This document shows, piece by piece, positions 18,014 to 28,459 of a stretch of 64,000 nucleotides of DNA. The stretch is from an uncultured Gemmatimonadales bacterium. GTDB taxonomy: Bacteria; Gemmatimonadota; Gemmatimonadetes; Gemmatimonadales; GWC2-71-9. A program made the translations under genes and the position numbers. The stretch lies in the NCBI GenBank assembly GCA_963730185.1, contig CAVSQW010000015.1, positions 64,001 through 128,000 on the forward strand, read 5' to 3'. The first letter of the stretch is position 1, and every line of letters starts with the position of its first letter. Under the pieces are notes generated by a model that did no database searches, was not told the DNA's origin, and worked only from the letters and a program-made list of their open reading frames with translations.

Positions 18014-19678
18014 ATGACCGCAAGCTGGTCAGGGTGGGCCGCGAGAACACAACCAAAAAAGCGCATAGCGGCGCCGGTGATTGCCGGCCTGGCCGTCGCC
18101 TGGCTCGGGCTCGGCGGACCGCTCGCCGCCCAGTCGATCGGTCTGGCGCCCGAGCACGACCTGCCGGCCTGGCTCGACCGGTGGAGCGTGCTGGCGCCCC
18201 GGGCCGATCTGCCCCGGCACTTTCCCACCGCCGGTTCGGCGCTCCCGGCGGGGCTCTTTCCGGCGACCACCATCGGGCTCTTCTGGACGGCGGCCAACCC
18301 GGCCGGTCTGGCTGGGGCGGTGGACAGCGCCTGGACCGAGTTCCGGGCCGCGGCGGCGGGCAGCCGGGGTGCGTTCCGGCGGCCGCTCGATCCGGGGGGC
18401 ACGCGGCTTCGGCAGATATCGGCGACCTCGTGGCGACCGCTGACCGACCGAGTCACCATGCTGGGCCGGGTGGTGCTCGACCAGGAGCGGTTCGATCCCG
18501 GGAGCCAGGCCGACGAGAGCGAGCCCTACCCGACCAGCCCGTTCGTCACCACCGACAGCAGCACCAGCCCCACCCGCCGGACCCGAGCCCGGCTGGAGGG
18601 CGTGGCGGCCTGGCGGCTCGGGGCCTGGGCGTTAGGCGCCGACCTGGGCTACGAGACCAACGAGCGGCGGACCATCGAGGCCGGGTTCGCCCGACTGACC
18701 CGCCAGACGATGCCGGGCGTGGCGCTGGGGGTGACCCGGACCGCGGGCGGACTGACGGTCGGGCTGGTGGGCCGCTACCGGAACCGGGCCGAGACGATCG
18801 ACCTGACCGAGCGGGCCGCCGAGGGGCAGGTGGTGGACCTGGCCGGGTACCAGGGGGTGACGCCGATCAGTGTGAACCAGAGCTACTATCGGCGGATCGA
18901 CGAGGACGTCCCCTCGGCCAGCCTCGGCCTGAGCGGCGCGGGGCTGGGCGGCCGCTGGGTGGCGTTCGTCGAGGTGTCGCGCCTCCGCGAGCGGCGGACC
19001 CGGCAGCAGCAGGACCAGCCCGCCTACGACCGGTGGAACGCCGGCGCCTGGACCGCGGGCGCCGCCTACCAGCGCGGCCTGGGCCGCTCCGGCCGGTGGC
19101 GGCTGACCCTGGACGGCCGCTTCACCGCCCTCACCGGCGACGGCGACCTGGCGCTCGACTCGGCCGGCACGGTCTTCACCGCGACCGAGCGGGCCTTCGA
19201 GGGGCGGGCCGAGCTCCGCCGGCTCCGCTCGGCGGGCGGCTGGTCGGGGCTGATCGCGGTGAAGTCGCGCTACGAGAACCGGGTCCGGAACGACTCGATC
19301 GCGGTGATCGGATCGAAGATCCAGACCGCCGGCCTGGGCGTGGAGCTGGAGCTGGGCCACCCATTGGCCCCTGGCGTGGCATTCCTCGCCTCGGGCGGGC
19401 TGGTGAGTCAGGCGTCGAGCGCCGCGATCCCGGCGCCGCTGGTGCAAGGCGCCGTTTACCAGCGGCTGATCGCCCCGGAGCTCGACTTCTACGCCCGCGA
19501 CCTGACCCCCTGGTCGGCCGGCCTCGCGCTCCGCTGGCAGGCGAGTGCCCGAACCGCCCTCTGGCTGGCCGGGCACGCCGAGGGGGTGAGCCCCCGCGGT
19601 CCGATGGGGCCGACCGGCTACACCGGCTCGGCGGGGCGATCGGCGTCGAGTGTCGTGCTCGGGGTCGTGCTTCGCTGA
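18014..19678 (+). CDS. Outer-membrane beta-barrel protein, DUF6850-like (554 aa)
   Basis: Signal peptide ending PLAA-Q; NPAGL, GAFRRPLDP, PFVTTDS; amphipathic strands; lies next to the TBDR and DUF4876-like genes. Confidence 0.65.
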   Translation: MTASWSGWAARTQPKKRIAAPVIAGLAVAWLGLGGPLAAQSIGLAPEHDLPAWLDRWSVLAPRADLPRHFPTAGSALPAGLFPATTIGLFWTAANPAGLAGAVDSAWTEFRAAAAGSRGAFRRPLDPGGTRLRQISATSWRPLTDRVTMLGRVVLDQERFDPGSQADESEPYPTSPFVTTDSSTSPTRRTRARLEGVAAWRLGAWALGADLGYETNERRTIEAGFARLTRQTMPGVALGVTRTAGGLTVGLVGRYRNRAETIDLTERAAEGQVVDLAGYQGVTPISVNQSYYRRIDEDVPSASLGLSGAGLGGRWVAFVEVSRLRERRTRQQQDQPAYDRWNAGAWTAGAAYQRGLGRSGRWRLTLDGRFTALTGDGDLALDSAGTVFTATERAFEGRAELRRLRSAGGWSGLIAVKSRYENRVRNDSIAVIGSKIQTAGLGVELELGHPLAPGVAFLASGGLVSQASSAAIPAPLVQGAVYQRLIAPELDFYARDLTPWSAGLALRWQASARTALWLAGHAEGVSPRGPMGPTGYTGSAGRSASSVVLGVVLR

Positions 19679-19734
19679 CGTTCGTTCCGGTTGGGGGCGG
19701 TGTACTTGGCCAGGTTGGAGGTTGTGGCCGGGTG

Positions 19735-19972
19735 ATGGCAACCGCTTTACCGCAAAGGGCGCGGAGGACGCAGAGGAACAGCGTCGAGGGATCCTCCGCA
19801 CTCTATTGTCCTGACAGCCGGAGTCGTGGTGCTGGTGGTGGTGGTGGTGGTGGTGGTTGGTGGTGGTGGTTGTTGTTGTTGTTGTTGTTGTTGTTCCCCC
19901 TCTTGTGCTTTTTCCGTCCTCGATCAGTTCCTCTGCGATCTCTGCGTCCTCTGCGGTTAATGCTGTTGCCAA
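19735..19972. repeat. Palindromic REPIN-like element enclosing a (GGT)n(GTT)n microsatellite
   Basis: Arms 19735-19776 and 19929-19972 are imperfect inverted copies of the accgcagaggacgcagag family; trinucleotide tract at ~19826-19895. Confidence 0.8.
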
Positions 19973-20059
19973 TGTCCGCTCACGTACGACCCCCGGCCTT
20001 GTACGACGGCCCCCGAGGCCATGAACCCCCGGGGGCCGCGTGCCTGACCGCGGAAGGAG

Positions 20060-23000
20060 CTAGACCTCGAGCCGGTCACCCTCGCGGGCCGCCATCACGT
20101 AGAGCACCGGCATCAGCAGCACGCTGATCAGGAGCCGGGAGAAGAGCCCGCCCACGATCACCAGCGCGAACGGCCGCTGGGAGTCGGAGCCGACCCCGGT
20201 GGAGAGCGCCGCCGGGAGGAGCCCGAACGCCGCCACCAGGGCCGTCATCATGATCGGCCGGAGCCGGTAGAGCGCCGCCTCCCGCGCCGCATCGGCTATT
20301 CCTAGCCCGCCGAGCCGGAGCTCGTTGACGTAGGAGATGTAGACCACCGCGGTCTGTACCGACACGCCGAAGAGCGCGATGAAGCCGATCCCCGACGACA
20401 CCGAAAGCGGCGTCCCGGTGAGCGCCAGCGTCACCAACCCGCCGACCGGTGCCGAGAGGACGACGCCGATCACGGTGATCAACGGGAAGGTCACGTTCCG
20501 GTAGAGCGCAAAGAGCAGGAGGAAGATCAGCGCGACGGTGAGCGGGAGGACCACCACCAGCTGGCTTCGCGAGGCGGTGTACTCCTCGTACTCGCCGCCC
20601 CAGACGGTCTGATAGCCGGTGGGCATCGAGACGGCCGCGTCCACCTTCTGCCGGGCTTCGTCGACGGCGCTGGCCAGGTCGCGGCCCTCGACCGCGTACT
20701 GCACCCCGATGTACCGCGAGTTGTTCTCCCGGTAGATGAACGAGGCGCCGCTGCTCACCTGGATGGTGGCCAGCTCCCGGAGCGGGATCTGCTGCCCGTC
20801 CGGTGCGGCGACCAGGATCGCGCCGATCTGCGCGGGGTTCTCCCGGTACTGGGGCTGGAGCCGCACCACGAGGTCGAAGAGCTTCTCGCCTTGGACCACC
20901 TCGGTCGCGGCGGTGCCCCCGACGGCGGCTTCGATCAGGCCGTTCACGTCGGCCACGTTGAGGCCGTAGCGGGCCACCTTGGCGCGGTCGATCGCGACCG
21001 TCAACGAAGGCTGTCCCAGCTCCTCGACCACCAGGACCCGGTGGATGCCGCGTACCTGGGAGATGACGTCGGCAATGGCGTGGGCTTTGGATTCCAGCAC
21101 CTGGAGATCGGTGCCGAAGATCTTGACCGCGAGCGAGCTCTTGAGGCCGGTCTCCGCCTCGTCGACCGCGTCCTCGGCCGGCTGGGTGTAGTTGAAGGTG
21201 ATGCCCGGAAAGCCGGCCAGCTTCTTCCCGATGGCGGCGATCAGCTCGGGCTTCGAGTGATAGTCGCCGTGCCACTCACCGTACGGATGGAGGCCGACGT
21301 AGAACTCGGCGTTGAAGAACCCGGTCGGATCGGTGCCGCCGTCGTCGCGGCCGTGCTCCGACGCCACGTCGGTGACCTCGGGGAAGCTCTTGAGGATCGC
21401 CCGGATCTGAGGAACGATCTTGCTCGACTCCTCGAGCGAGATGCTGGGAGGCATGGTCGCCCGGACCCAGAGCGCGCCCTCGTCGAGGTGAGGCATGAAC
21501 TCGGCCCCGATGACCGGTACCAGCGCCAAGGCGCCGACGAAGAGCGCGGTCGAGGCGCCGACTGTGAACCAGCGCCGGGCCAGGCACCAATCGAGGGTGA
21601 CGGCGTAGCGGTCGCGGATCCACTCGTAGATCCGGTTCCGCCGTTCCTGGATCCCGCCCTTGAGGAGCCAGTTGCAAAGTACCGGCACCGCGGTGAGGGT
21701 CAGGGCGAGGGCGCCGATCAGGGCGAAGATCGTGGTGTCCGCCATGGGCTGGAAGAGCCGGCCCGACGGTCCCGACAGCACGTAGATCGGGAGGAAGCCC
21801 GCGATGATGATCGCGACCGCGTAGAAGATCGGCCGGTCCACCTCGGCGGCCGCCTGCGCAATGATGGTCGGGATCGGGACGGTGGAGTCGCCCCGGTCGG
21901 CCAGCTTCCGGTAGATGTTCTCCACCATCACCACGGCGCCGTCGACCAGGATGCCGAAGTCGATCGCGCCGATGGAAAGGAGGTTGGCCGGAATGTTCTT
22001 CAAGTCGAGGCAGATCGACGCGAAGAGCAGGGCCAGCGGAATGGTGACCGCCACGATCAGACCGGTCCGCGCGTTGGCCAGGAAGAGCACCAGCACGATG
22101 ATCACCAGCACGATCCCGCGGAGCAGATTGTCCACCACGGTTCGGGTCGTGAGGTGGACCAGGTCGCTCCGATCGTAGAACGGATGGATCTTCACGTCCT
22201 TGGGCAGGATCCGGTCGTTCAGCTCCTGGGTCTTGGCCTCGACGCCCTTCAAGACGGTTTGGGCCTGCTCGCCGGTCCGCATCAGGACCACGCCCTCGAC
22301 CGCGTCGTCCCGGTCGTTGAACCCGAACTGTCCCAGCCGGGGCGCGTAGCCGATCACCACCTGGCCGACGTCCTTGACCAGGATCGGCGTCCCGTTCTTG
22401 ACCGCCAGCACGACCTGCCCGATGTCTTCCGGCGTGGTGAGCCGGCCGAGACCGCGGACGTAGTAGAACTGGCCGCCCTCGGAGTAGAAGCCGCCGCCGG
22501 CGTTGTCGTTGTTGTTGGAGAGGGCGTCGACGATGTCGGTGATGCCGAAGCCCGGCGCCGGCGACCTTCTTGGGGTCGAGCAGCACCTGGTACTGCATCG
22601 TCTGGCCGCCCAGCCCCGCCAGGTCCGCCACGCCGGGGACCGACTTGTAGGCCCGGCTGATGATCCAGTCCTGGATCGTCTTGAGCTCCATCGGCGTGCG
22701 GTCGTGGCTATCGATGACGTAGCGGTAGACCAGGCCGGAGGGAGAGAAGAGCGGCTCCATTCCCGGGCTGACGCCGTCGGGCACTCCCACGTCGCTCAGG
22801 CGCTTCGTGCACCCGTTGCCGAGCGAAGTAGGGGTCGGTGCCGTCCTGGAAGACCAGCCGGACGTCGGAGAGGCCGTAGAGTGAGATCGAGCGCTGCACC
22901 TTGAGCTTGGGCAGCCCGTTCATTTCGGTTTCGATCGGGAAGGTGATCAGCCGCTCGACCTCTTCGGCGGCATGGCCGGGCCACTGGGTGGTGATGGCCA

Positions 23001-23202
23001 CCATCGTGGGCGAGAGGTCGGGATAGGCGTCGACGGGGAGCCGGCGGAACGACCAGTAGCCGACCGCGCCGATCGAGAGAACGGCGACCGCCACCAGCAC
23101 CGGCTGGCTCAGCGACGCCGCGACGAGGCGATGGATCCAGGAGTGCTGGCGACCCGGACCCTCACCCTCACCCGTGACGGGTTCGTGGGGTCCGGTCATC
23201 AT
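20060..23202 (-). CDS. czcA: CusA/CzcA-family heavy-metal RND permease, split by two frameshifts (~22550, ~22800)
   Basis: LPVDAYPDLS..EEVERLITFPIE, GAIDFGILVDGAVVMVEN and RLRPIMMTAL lie in three consecutive frames. Confidence 0.9.
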
Positions 23203-24339
23203 TGCTCACTCATGGTCTGGAGGTAGAGGGCGCCGTCGACCACGATCAGCTCGCCGGCGGTCAGGCCGTCGGTGATCTCGTAGCGGTCGTCGACCCGGCC
23301 GCCCACGCTTACCCGGCGCCGGGCAAAGGTCCCTTCGCTGGTGGCGATGAAGAGGTAGGGCAGGTTCTCGTCGTCGCGGAGCACGGCCGACACCGGCACC
23401 AGGAGTCCCTCGCGGTTGGTGCCCGAGCGGATGATCACCTGGACCAACATGTCGCGCTTGAGGATCAACGCCCTTGTTCGGCACGACCAGCCGGACCTGG
23501 GTGGCCTTGGTGGCGGGGTCCACGAGGTCGGCGACGTAGTCCACCCGGCCAACCAGGGTGTCGGCCGAGGCGTCGGTCGCGATCAGGGCCTTGTCGCCCC
23601 GGTGGACGGCGCGGATGTCGCGTTCGAAGACGTTGGCCATCACCCACACGGTCCGGACGTCGGCCACGGTGAAGGTCGGGGTGCCGCTCTCCAGAAGCTG
23701 GCCGGGGGTGATCAGCTTCTCGACGACGGTACCCGCGATCGGGGCCCGAATGGCCGCTTCGATCGGCCGGTCGACCCCGCCGCTGTCGGCGATCGTGGGG
23801 TCGGCGATGCCTAACGCCCGGAGCGCCTGAATGGCCGCGTCGCGGTCGGCGGCGGCGCCGGCCAGATCGGCGCGGCTCTGATCGAGCTCGCGGCGGGCCA
23901 GGGCGTCGTTCTGGAAGAGCTGCTCGTTGAGATCGGTGATCTGCTTCTGGTTCTTCCAGGCGGCGTCGGCCTTACGGTAGTCGGCCAGGGCCGTGGCGAA
24001 GTCGGGCGACACCAGCGTGGCCATCGCCTGGCCGGGCTCCACGTGGGCGCCCGGCTGGACCAGGATCCGGCTCACCGGCCCGGAGATCGGCGCCAGCACC
24101 TGGGTGGAGAGATCGGCGCTGAACGCCACCGTGCCGGTGGTGACGATCGACGGCGCGTACGACGCCGAGGCGACCGGCTCGATGATGAAGCGGGCCCGCT
24201 GGGCGGAATCGACCGCGATCGGCGCGTCCTTGGTCGCGGGGGTGGCCGCGCCGTCGGCGGCCTCAGGCTTGGACCCGCAGGCGGCGAGCAGGAGGCTCGC
24301 GGTGCAGGTGGCGGTTCCGAGAAGTCGGCGAGTGATCAT
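23202..24339 (-). CDS. czcB: RND periplasmic adaptor (CzcB/CusB-like), frameshift near 23470
   Basis: Lipobox LAAC; IRAPIAGTVVEK, VWVMANVFE, GRVDYVADLVDPATK; C-terminus continues in ORF 23199-23552. Confidence 0.88.
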
Positions 24340-25691
24340 CGTGAGCCTCCGATGCCGTCGAGCCGGCGGCCGACCGCGCGCTCCAGCTCGGCGCGGCCCA
24401 TGTTGGCGGTGGCGAGGGCATCCGTATACTGGTTTTCGGCGTCGAGCAGGGCCTGGCGGGCGTCGAGCACGTCGAGGGCGGACGAGCCGCCCAACCCGTA
24501 ACTCACCGACGCGATCCGGAACGCTTCGCGGGTGGCGGGCAGGAGCTGATCGCGGAGATAGCGCGCCTGGGCGAGCGCGGTCTGGGCCTGGGCGTAGATG
24601 GCGCGGAGCTCCTGACCCACGAAGCTCTGGGCGTCGCGGAGGGTGGCGTCGAGCTCCCGCTCGTGGTGCTTGCTCTCGGCGATCTCGCCCTTGGAGTGCT
24701 GCCAGAAGAAGACCGGGAGCGGCACCGCGATGCCGGCGGTGAGAATGCCGGGGCCGGGATCGGCGTAGTCCTTCCCCAACCCCACGATCAGGTCGGGAAG
24801 CCAGTACTCCTTGGCCAGCGCCGTGTTGGCGCGGGCGCCTTCCCGCTGCCGCTGGAGGCTCGCGATCTCGGGACGCGACGCCAGCGCGGCCGGTTCGAGC
24901 GCCGCGAGCGGCGGCAGATCGCCGGGCACCGCCAGCGAGTCCGACGCGAGGGTTGGGGCGTCGAGCGGGCGGTCGAGCAACCGGTTGAGGGCCGAGCGCG
25001 CGGTGGCGACGTCGTGCTCGGTGGAGATCAGGTCGTTCTCCGCCTGGCCCACCGCGACCTGCGCCTTGATCACGTCCAGCCGGGCGACCGTGCCGGCCTG
25101 GAAGCGGGCCTGGGTCTTGGTCAGGAAGTCGGCCGCCAACGCCCGGGCTTCGGTCAGATCGCGCCGGCGACGGAGCGCCGCGAGGAGCGAATCGTAGGTC
25201 TGCGAGGCGGCGGAGGCGACTTGTTGGCGAAGGAGCTCCAACCCCGCTTGGGTCGACTGGATGTCGGCGTTCCCGATCTTGGCCTGGAGCCGGAACTTGT
25301 CGGGGAAGGGGATCTGGAGCGTGGCCCCGACTACCTTGGCGGTCGCGTTACCGAGGCTTGCGGTTGCTTGGTCGAGCTCCGCCCCGAACTGGGGATCGGG
25401 AATCGCGGTACCCTGCACCTTCCGAGCGTGGGCCTGGGCGACCTGTTCCTCACCCGCTCGAATCGCGGGGTTCCGCTCGATCGCCATCCGGACCACGTCG
25501 GACTTGCCGAGGCAGAGCGAGTCGGCCGGCCGTTCGAGCGCGCCGACCGGGCCGCGAGCCACGCAGTCGGGTTCGAGCGGGGTGGCCGCGAGCAGGGAAT
25601 CGACTCGCTGCCGGGCGCCGGATGTCGGTGGTTGCGCCGCCGCTCCACTGGCCATGACGGCCAGGAGCAGCGCACACGTCAGTGATCGCAT
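24336..25691 (-). CDS. czcC: TolC-family outer membrane factor (CzcC-like)
   Basis: Signal peptide; AIERNPAIRA, RFQAGTVARLDVIKAQV, SYGLGGSSALDVLDAR; first gene of the RND operon. Confidence 0.9.
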   Translation of the reverse strand: MRSLTCALLLAVMASGAAAQPPTSGARQRVDSLLAATPLEPDCVARGPVGALERPADSLCLGKSDVVRMAIERNPAIRAGEEQVAQAHARKVQGTAIPDPQFGAELDQATASLGNATAKVVGATLQIPFPDKFRLQAKIGNADIQSTQAGLELLRQQVASAASQTYDSLLAALRRRRDLTEARALAADFLTKTQARFQAGTVARLDVIKAQVAVGQAENDLISTEHDVATARSALNRLLDRPLDAPTLASDSLAVPGDLPPLAALEPAALASRPEIASLQRQREGARANTALAKEYWLPDLIVGLGKDYADPGPGILTAGIAVPLPVFFWQHSKGEIAESKHHERELDATLRDAQSFVGQELRAIYAQAQTALAQARYLRDQLLPATREAFRIASVSYGLGGSSALDVLDARQALLDAENQYTDALATANMGRAELERAVGRRLDGIGGSR

Positions 25692-25747
25692 GCCGTTCCT
25701 GAACGAGAATGTCCCCCGGACCGTGGGTGGCCGGAGGTGTTACCGGT

Positions 25748-26104
25748 TCAGAGGGCGATCGGAGGTGCTCTGGGAGCCTGCGAGAGGATGAACTGCGGGG
25801 GAACGAACGTCACCCGGCTTGGCGGCACCGTGCGGACGGGCGCGACGGCCAGGGCCGGAAGCTCGGCCCGACCTTCCGGCCGCGAGCCGAGATTGTGGAC
25901 CAGGCAGACCGGGCAGGTGGCCGGATCGTGCGGGGCGATCTGGTGACCGCTCTCCGGCGTGGTCCACGCGGTCGCGGGCCTGACCGCGTCCAACGTCGAC
26001 GCGGGACCGGGGAAGAGGTCGAGATCGCAGAGCGGAAGCGTGGCCATACCGAACTGCGCCAGCGCCGCCATCGCGATGGCGGCTCGGCGCACGCCGAACA
26101 ACAT
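25748..26104 (-). CDS. DUF2946/CzcI-like small exported protein with HxxxxCxxC and C-terminal RAPP
   Basis: Hydrophobic N-terminus, HDPATCPVC, terminal QAPRAPPIAL; ends 57 nt upstream of czcC. Confidence 0.65.
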   Translation of the reverse strand: MLFGVRRAAIAMAALAQFGMATLPLCDLDLFPGPASTLDAVRPATAWTTPESGHQIAPHDPATCPVCLVHNLGSRPEGRAELPALAVAPVRTVPPSRVTFVPPQFILSQAPRAPPIAL

Positions 26105-26412
26105 GGCCCGAAGGGATCCCGCAACGAGTCTCACGGTTCCAACAGTAGCGGCCCGATCCCTGGGCCGCCAGCCCCGCAGGTCCCGAGGCAGGTCCGGGTC
26201 CCGCTCGACGCCTCGACCGCGGTCGCGTCGAGGTGCGCCTGCGGGCCGGTGGCGGGATCTCCCTGCGACGACCGGCGGTTCGCTGCGGTGAGCCATCGGT
26301 TCGCTGCGGTGGCGGTAGCTTCGGAGGAGGGCCGGCCGTACGGTTCGATGAGACGGTTGGCGCCTCGGGCGCCGGCCAGATGACCGACCGCCCTAGCCAT
26401 CGGAGATCCGCC

Positions 26413-27330
26413 ATGAGCACCCGCTCCCTCGCCGTATTGGCTTGCCTCGCGCTGGCCGCCACCCCGGTCCGGGCCCAACAGGACGCCCGGGACGGAGTCG
26501 TGACCTCGGTGTCATGGCTGGCCGCCCATCTCCACGACGCCGACCTGGTGGTGCTCCACGTCGGTCCCGACTCCGGCTACGCGGCGGGACACCTGCCCGG
26601 CGCCCGGCACGTTGGCCTCCAGCAGATCACCGCCCCGCACGACGATGCCGGTCTGGCGGTGGAGTTCGGCCCCGACTCCATGCTCCAGCGCCAGCTGGCC
26701 GACCTCGGGATCGGAGATCGCTCCCAGGTGGTGGTCGTCGCGGCGCCCGATTGGCAGACCAGCGCCATGCGGGTGCTCTCCACCCTTTTCTATGCCGGTC
26801 TCGGCGATCGCGCCCGGGTGCTCGACGGCGGACTCGCGGCCTGGACCGCGGCCGGGAAGCCGCTCACCACCGAGGTGCCTCCCGCGACCAAAGGTCGCCT
26901 GACGATTCACCCCCGTCATGACTTCGTGGTCGACGCCGGGTTCGTCGGTTCCCACGCCGGCAAGGCCGGGTGGGCCGTGGTCGACGCCCGCGGGCAGGCG
27001 TTCTATGACGGGGTCCGGAACAGCACCTTTGGCCGGAACGATCCCGGGAAGCCCGGCCACGTGCCCGGCGCGCTCTCGATCGGGGTGTCGGAAGTCTACG
27101 CCGACGACGGCTCCTTCCTGCCGACCGACCAGCTCCGGACGCTGTTCACCAAGGCAGGCGTCAAACCGGGCGACGTGGTGGTGGCGTACTGTCACATCGG
27201 GATCTACGCCAACTCGATCATCACCGCCGCCCGCATTCTCGGCCATGACGTCCGGCTCTACGACGGGTCGTTCCAGGACTGGGCCAAGCGGAACTTGCCG
27301 CTCGAGACCAAGCCGGCCGGAGGGCAGTGA
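26413..27330 (+). CDS. Exported tandem-domain rhodanese/sulfurtransferase
   Basis: Signal peptide VRA-Q; YAAGHLPGA, VLDGGLAAW, GHVPGA, active-site YCHIG, LYDGSFQDW. Confidence 0.92.
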   Translation: MSTRSLAVLACLALAATPVRAQQDARDGVVTSVSWLAAHLHDADLVVLHVGPDSGYAAGHLPGARHVGLQQITAPHDDAGLAVEFGPDSMLQRQLADLGIGDRSQVVVVAAPDWQTSAMRVLSTLFYAGLGDRARVLDGGLAAWTAAGKPLTTEVPPATKGRLTIHPRHDFVVDAGFVGSHAGKAGWAVVDARGQAFYDGVRNSTFGRNDPGKPGHVPGALSIGVSEVYADDGSFLPTDQLRTLFTKAGVKPGDVVVAYCHIGIYANSIITAARILGHDVRLYDGSFQDWAKRNLPLETKPAGGQ

Positions 27331-27860
27331 GCGTGGCGGCTCGGCGGGCCGAGCGGCCGTATCTGGATCCGTACCTGGCGGGGGTCGGGATCGGGGTCGT
27401 CCTCCTCCTGACCTTCGTGATCGTTGGCCACGGGCTCGGGGCGTCGGGCGCCTTCGCGACCACCGTGGCATCCGGCGCGGCGCTGGTGGCGCCGGGTCAC
27501 GTGGCCGCCAATCCGGCCTACCTGGCCTACGCACCCGACGGACCGACGTCCATATATAAGGACTGGCTGGTCTGGGAGATCGCCGGCGTGTTCCTGGGGG
27601 GCGCGTTCTCGGCCTGGTGGTCGGGCCGGATGCACCGGGGCATCGAGCGCGGCCCGCGGATCAGCGACCGGACCAGGCTGGTCTTCGCGTTCGGGGGCGG
27701 GACGATCATGGGGTTCGGTGCCAAGCTGGCTCGCGGCTGTACCTCGGGGCAGGGGCTCTCGGGCGGGGCGGTGCTGAGCGTGGGGAGCTGGCTCTTCATC
27801 GCCGCGGCGTTTGGCGCCGCCTATCTCTTCGCTCCCGCCTTTCGGAGGGCCTGGCGATGA
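27327..27860 (+). CDS. YeeE/YedE-family sulfur transporter subunit
   Basis: PYLAGVGIG, GFGAKLARGCTSGQGLSG. Confidence 0.9.
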   Translation: MSVAARRAERPYLDPYLAGVGIGVVLLLTFVIVGHGLGASGAFATTVASGAALVAPGHVAANPAYLAYAPDGPTSIYKDWLVWEIAGVFLGGAFSAWWSGRMHRGIERGPRISDRTRLVFAFGGGTIMGFGAKLARGCTSGQGLSGGAVLSVGSWLFIAAAFGAAYLFAPAFRRAWR

Positions 27861-28459
27861 TGCTCCAGGTCTATGATGGTACGGCGGGCTCGGTGATCGG
27901 GAGTCTCGGCCCCGCCTTCGCGCTCGGAATTGGCTTCGGCTTCTTTCTGGAGCAGGGCGGGATGGGCAACGCCCGGAAGCTGGCCGGCCAGTTCTACTTG
28001 ACCGATCTGTCGGTCTTCAAGGTCATGTTCTCCGCCATCCTGACCACCATGCTCGGTCTCTTCTGGCTGGGCCGGATGGGGATCGTCGACCCGGCCCGGA
28101 TTTTCGTCCCGCCCACCTACCTCCTGCCGCACCTCGTCGGCGGGCTGGTGTTCGGCCTCGGCTTCGTGATGGGCGGGCTCTGTCCCGGCACCTCGTGCGT
28201 GGCGGCCTCGACCGGGCGCCTCGATGGGGTGGCCCTGATGGGCGGCATGCTGGCCGGAATCCTGGCCTTCGACGAGGCGTTCCCCCGACTCCAGGGCTTC
28301 TACGAGAGCACGCCGTTAGGCGCGATCACCCTGCCGAGCCTGCTCGGGCTCTCGCCGGGACTGGTGGTGCTGCTGGTGGTGGTGATGGCGCTGCTGGGCT
28401 TCCGGCTGGCCGAGTGGCTGGAGCGGCGGCCGGTGGGGACGGGCGGGGGCGCGGCGTGA
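27857..28459 (+). CDS. YeeE/YedE-family sulfur transporter subunit
   Basis: GIGFGFFLE, GGLVFGLGFVMGGLCPGTS; ATGA overlap with the previous gene. Confidence 0.9.
   Translation: MMLQVYDGTAGSVIGSLGPAFALGIGFGFFLEQGGMGNARKLAGQFYLTDLSVFKVMFSAILTTMLGLFWLGRMGIVDPARIFVPPTYLLPHLVGGLVFGLGFVMGGLCPGTSCVAASTGRLDGVALMGGMLAGILAFDEAFPRLQGFYESTPLGAITLPSLLGLSPGLVVLLVVVMALLGFRLAEWLERRPVGTGGGAA

Noticed and set aside
14627..19678. 1683-aa ORF suggesting a giant protein
   Set aside because: The first ~1130 codons are an Arg/Gly/Pro-rich off-frame shadow of the TBDR and the antisense of Uma2. Only 18014-19678 has a signal peptide and protein-like composition.
20060..24339. czcA/czcB as pseudogenes
   Set aside because: Only isolated frameshifts with no other decay, in a window with evident indel errors; cannot be called without reads.
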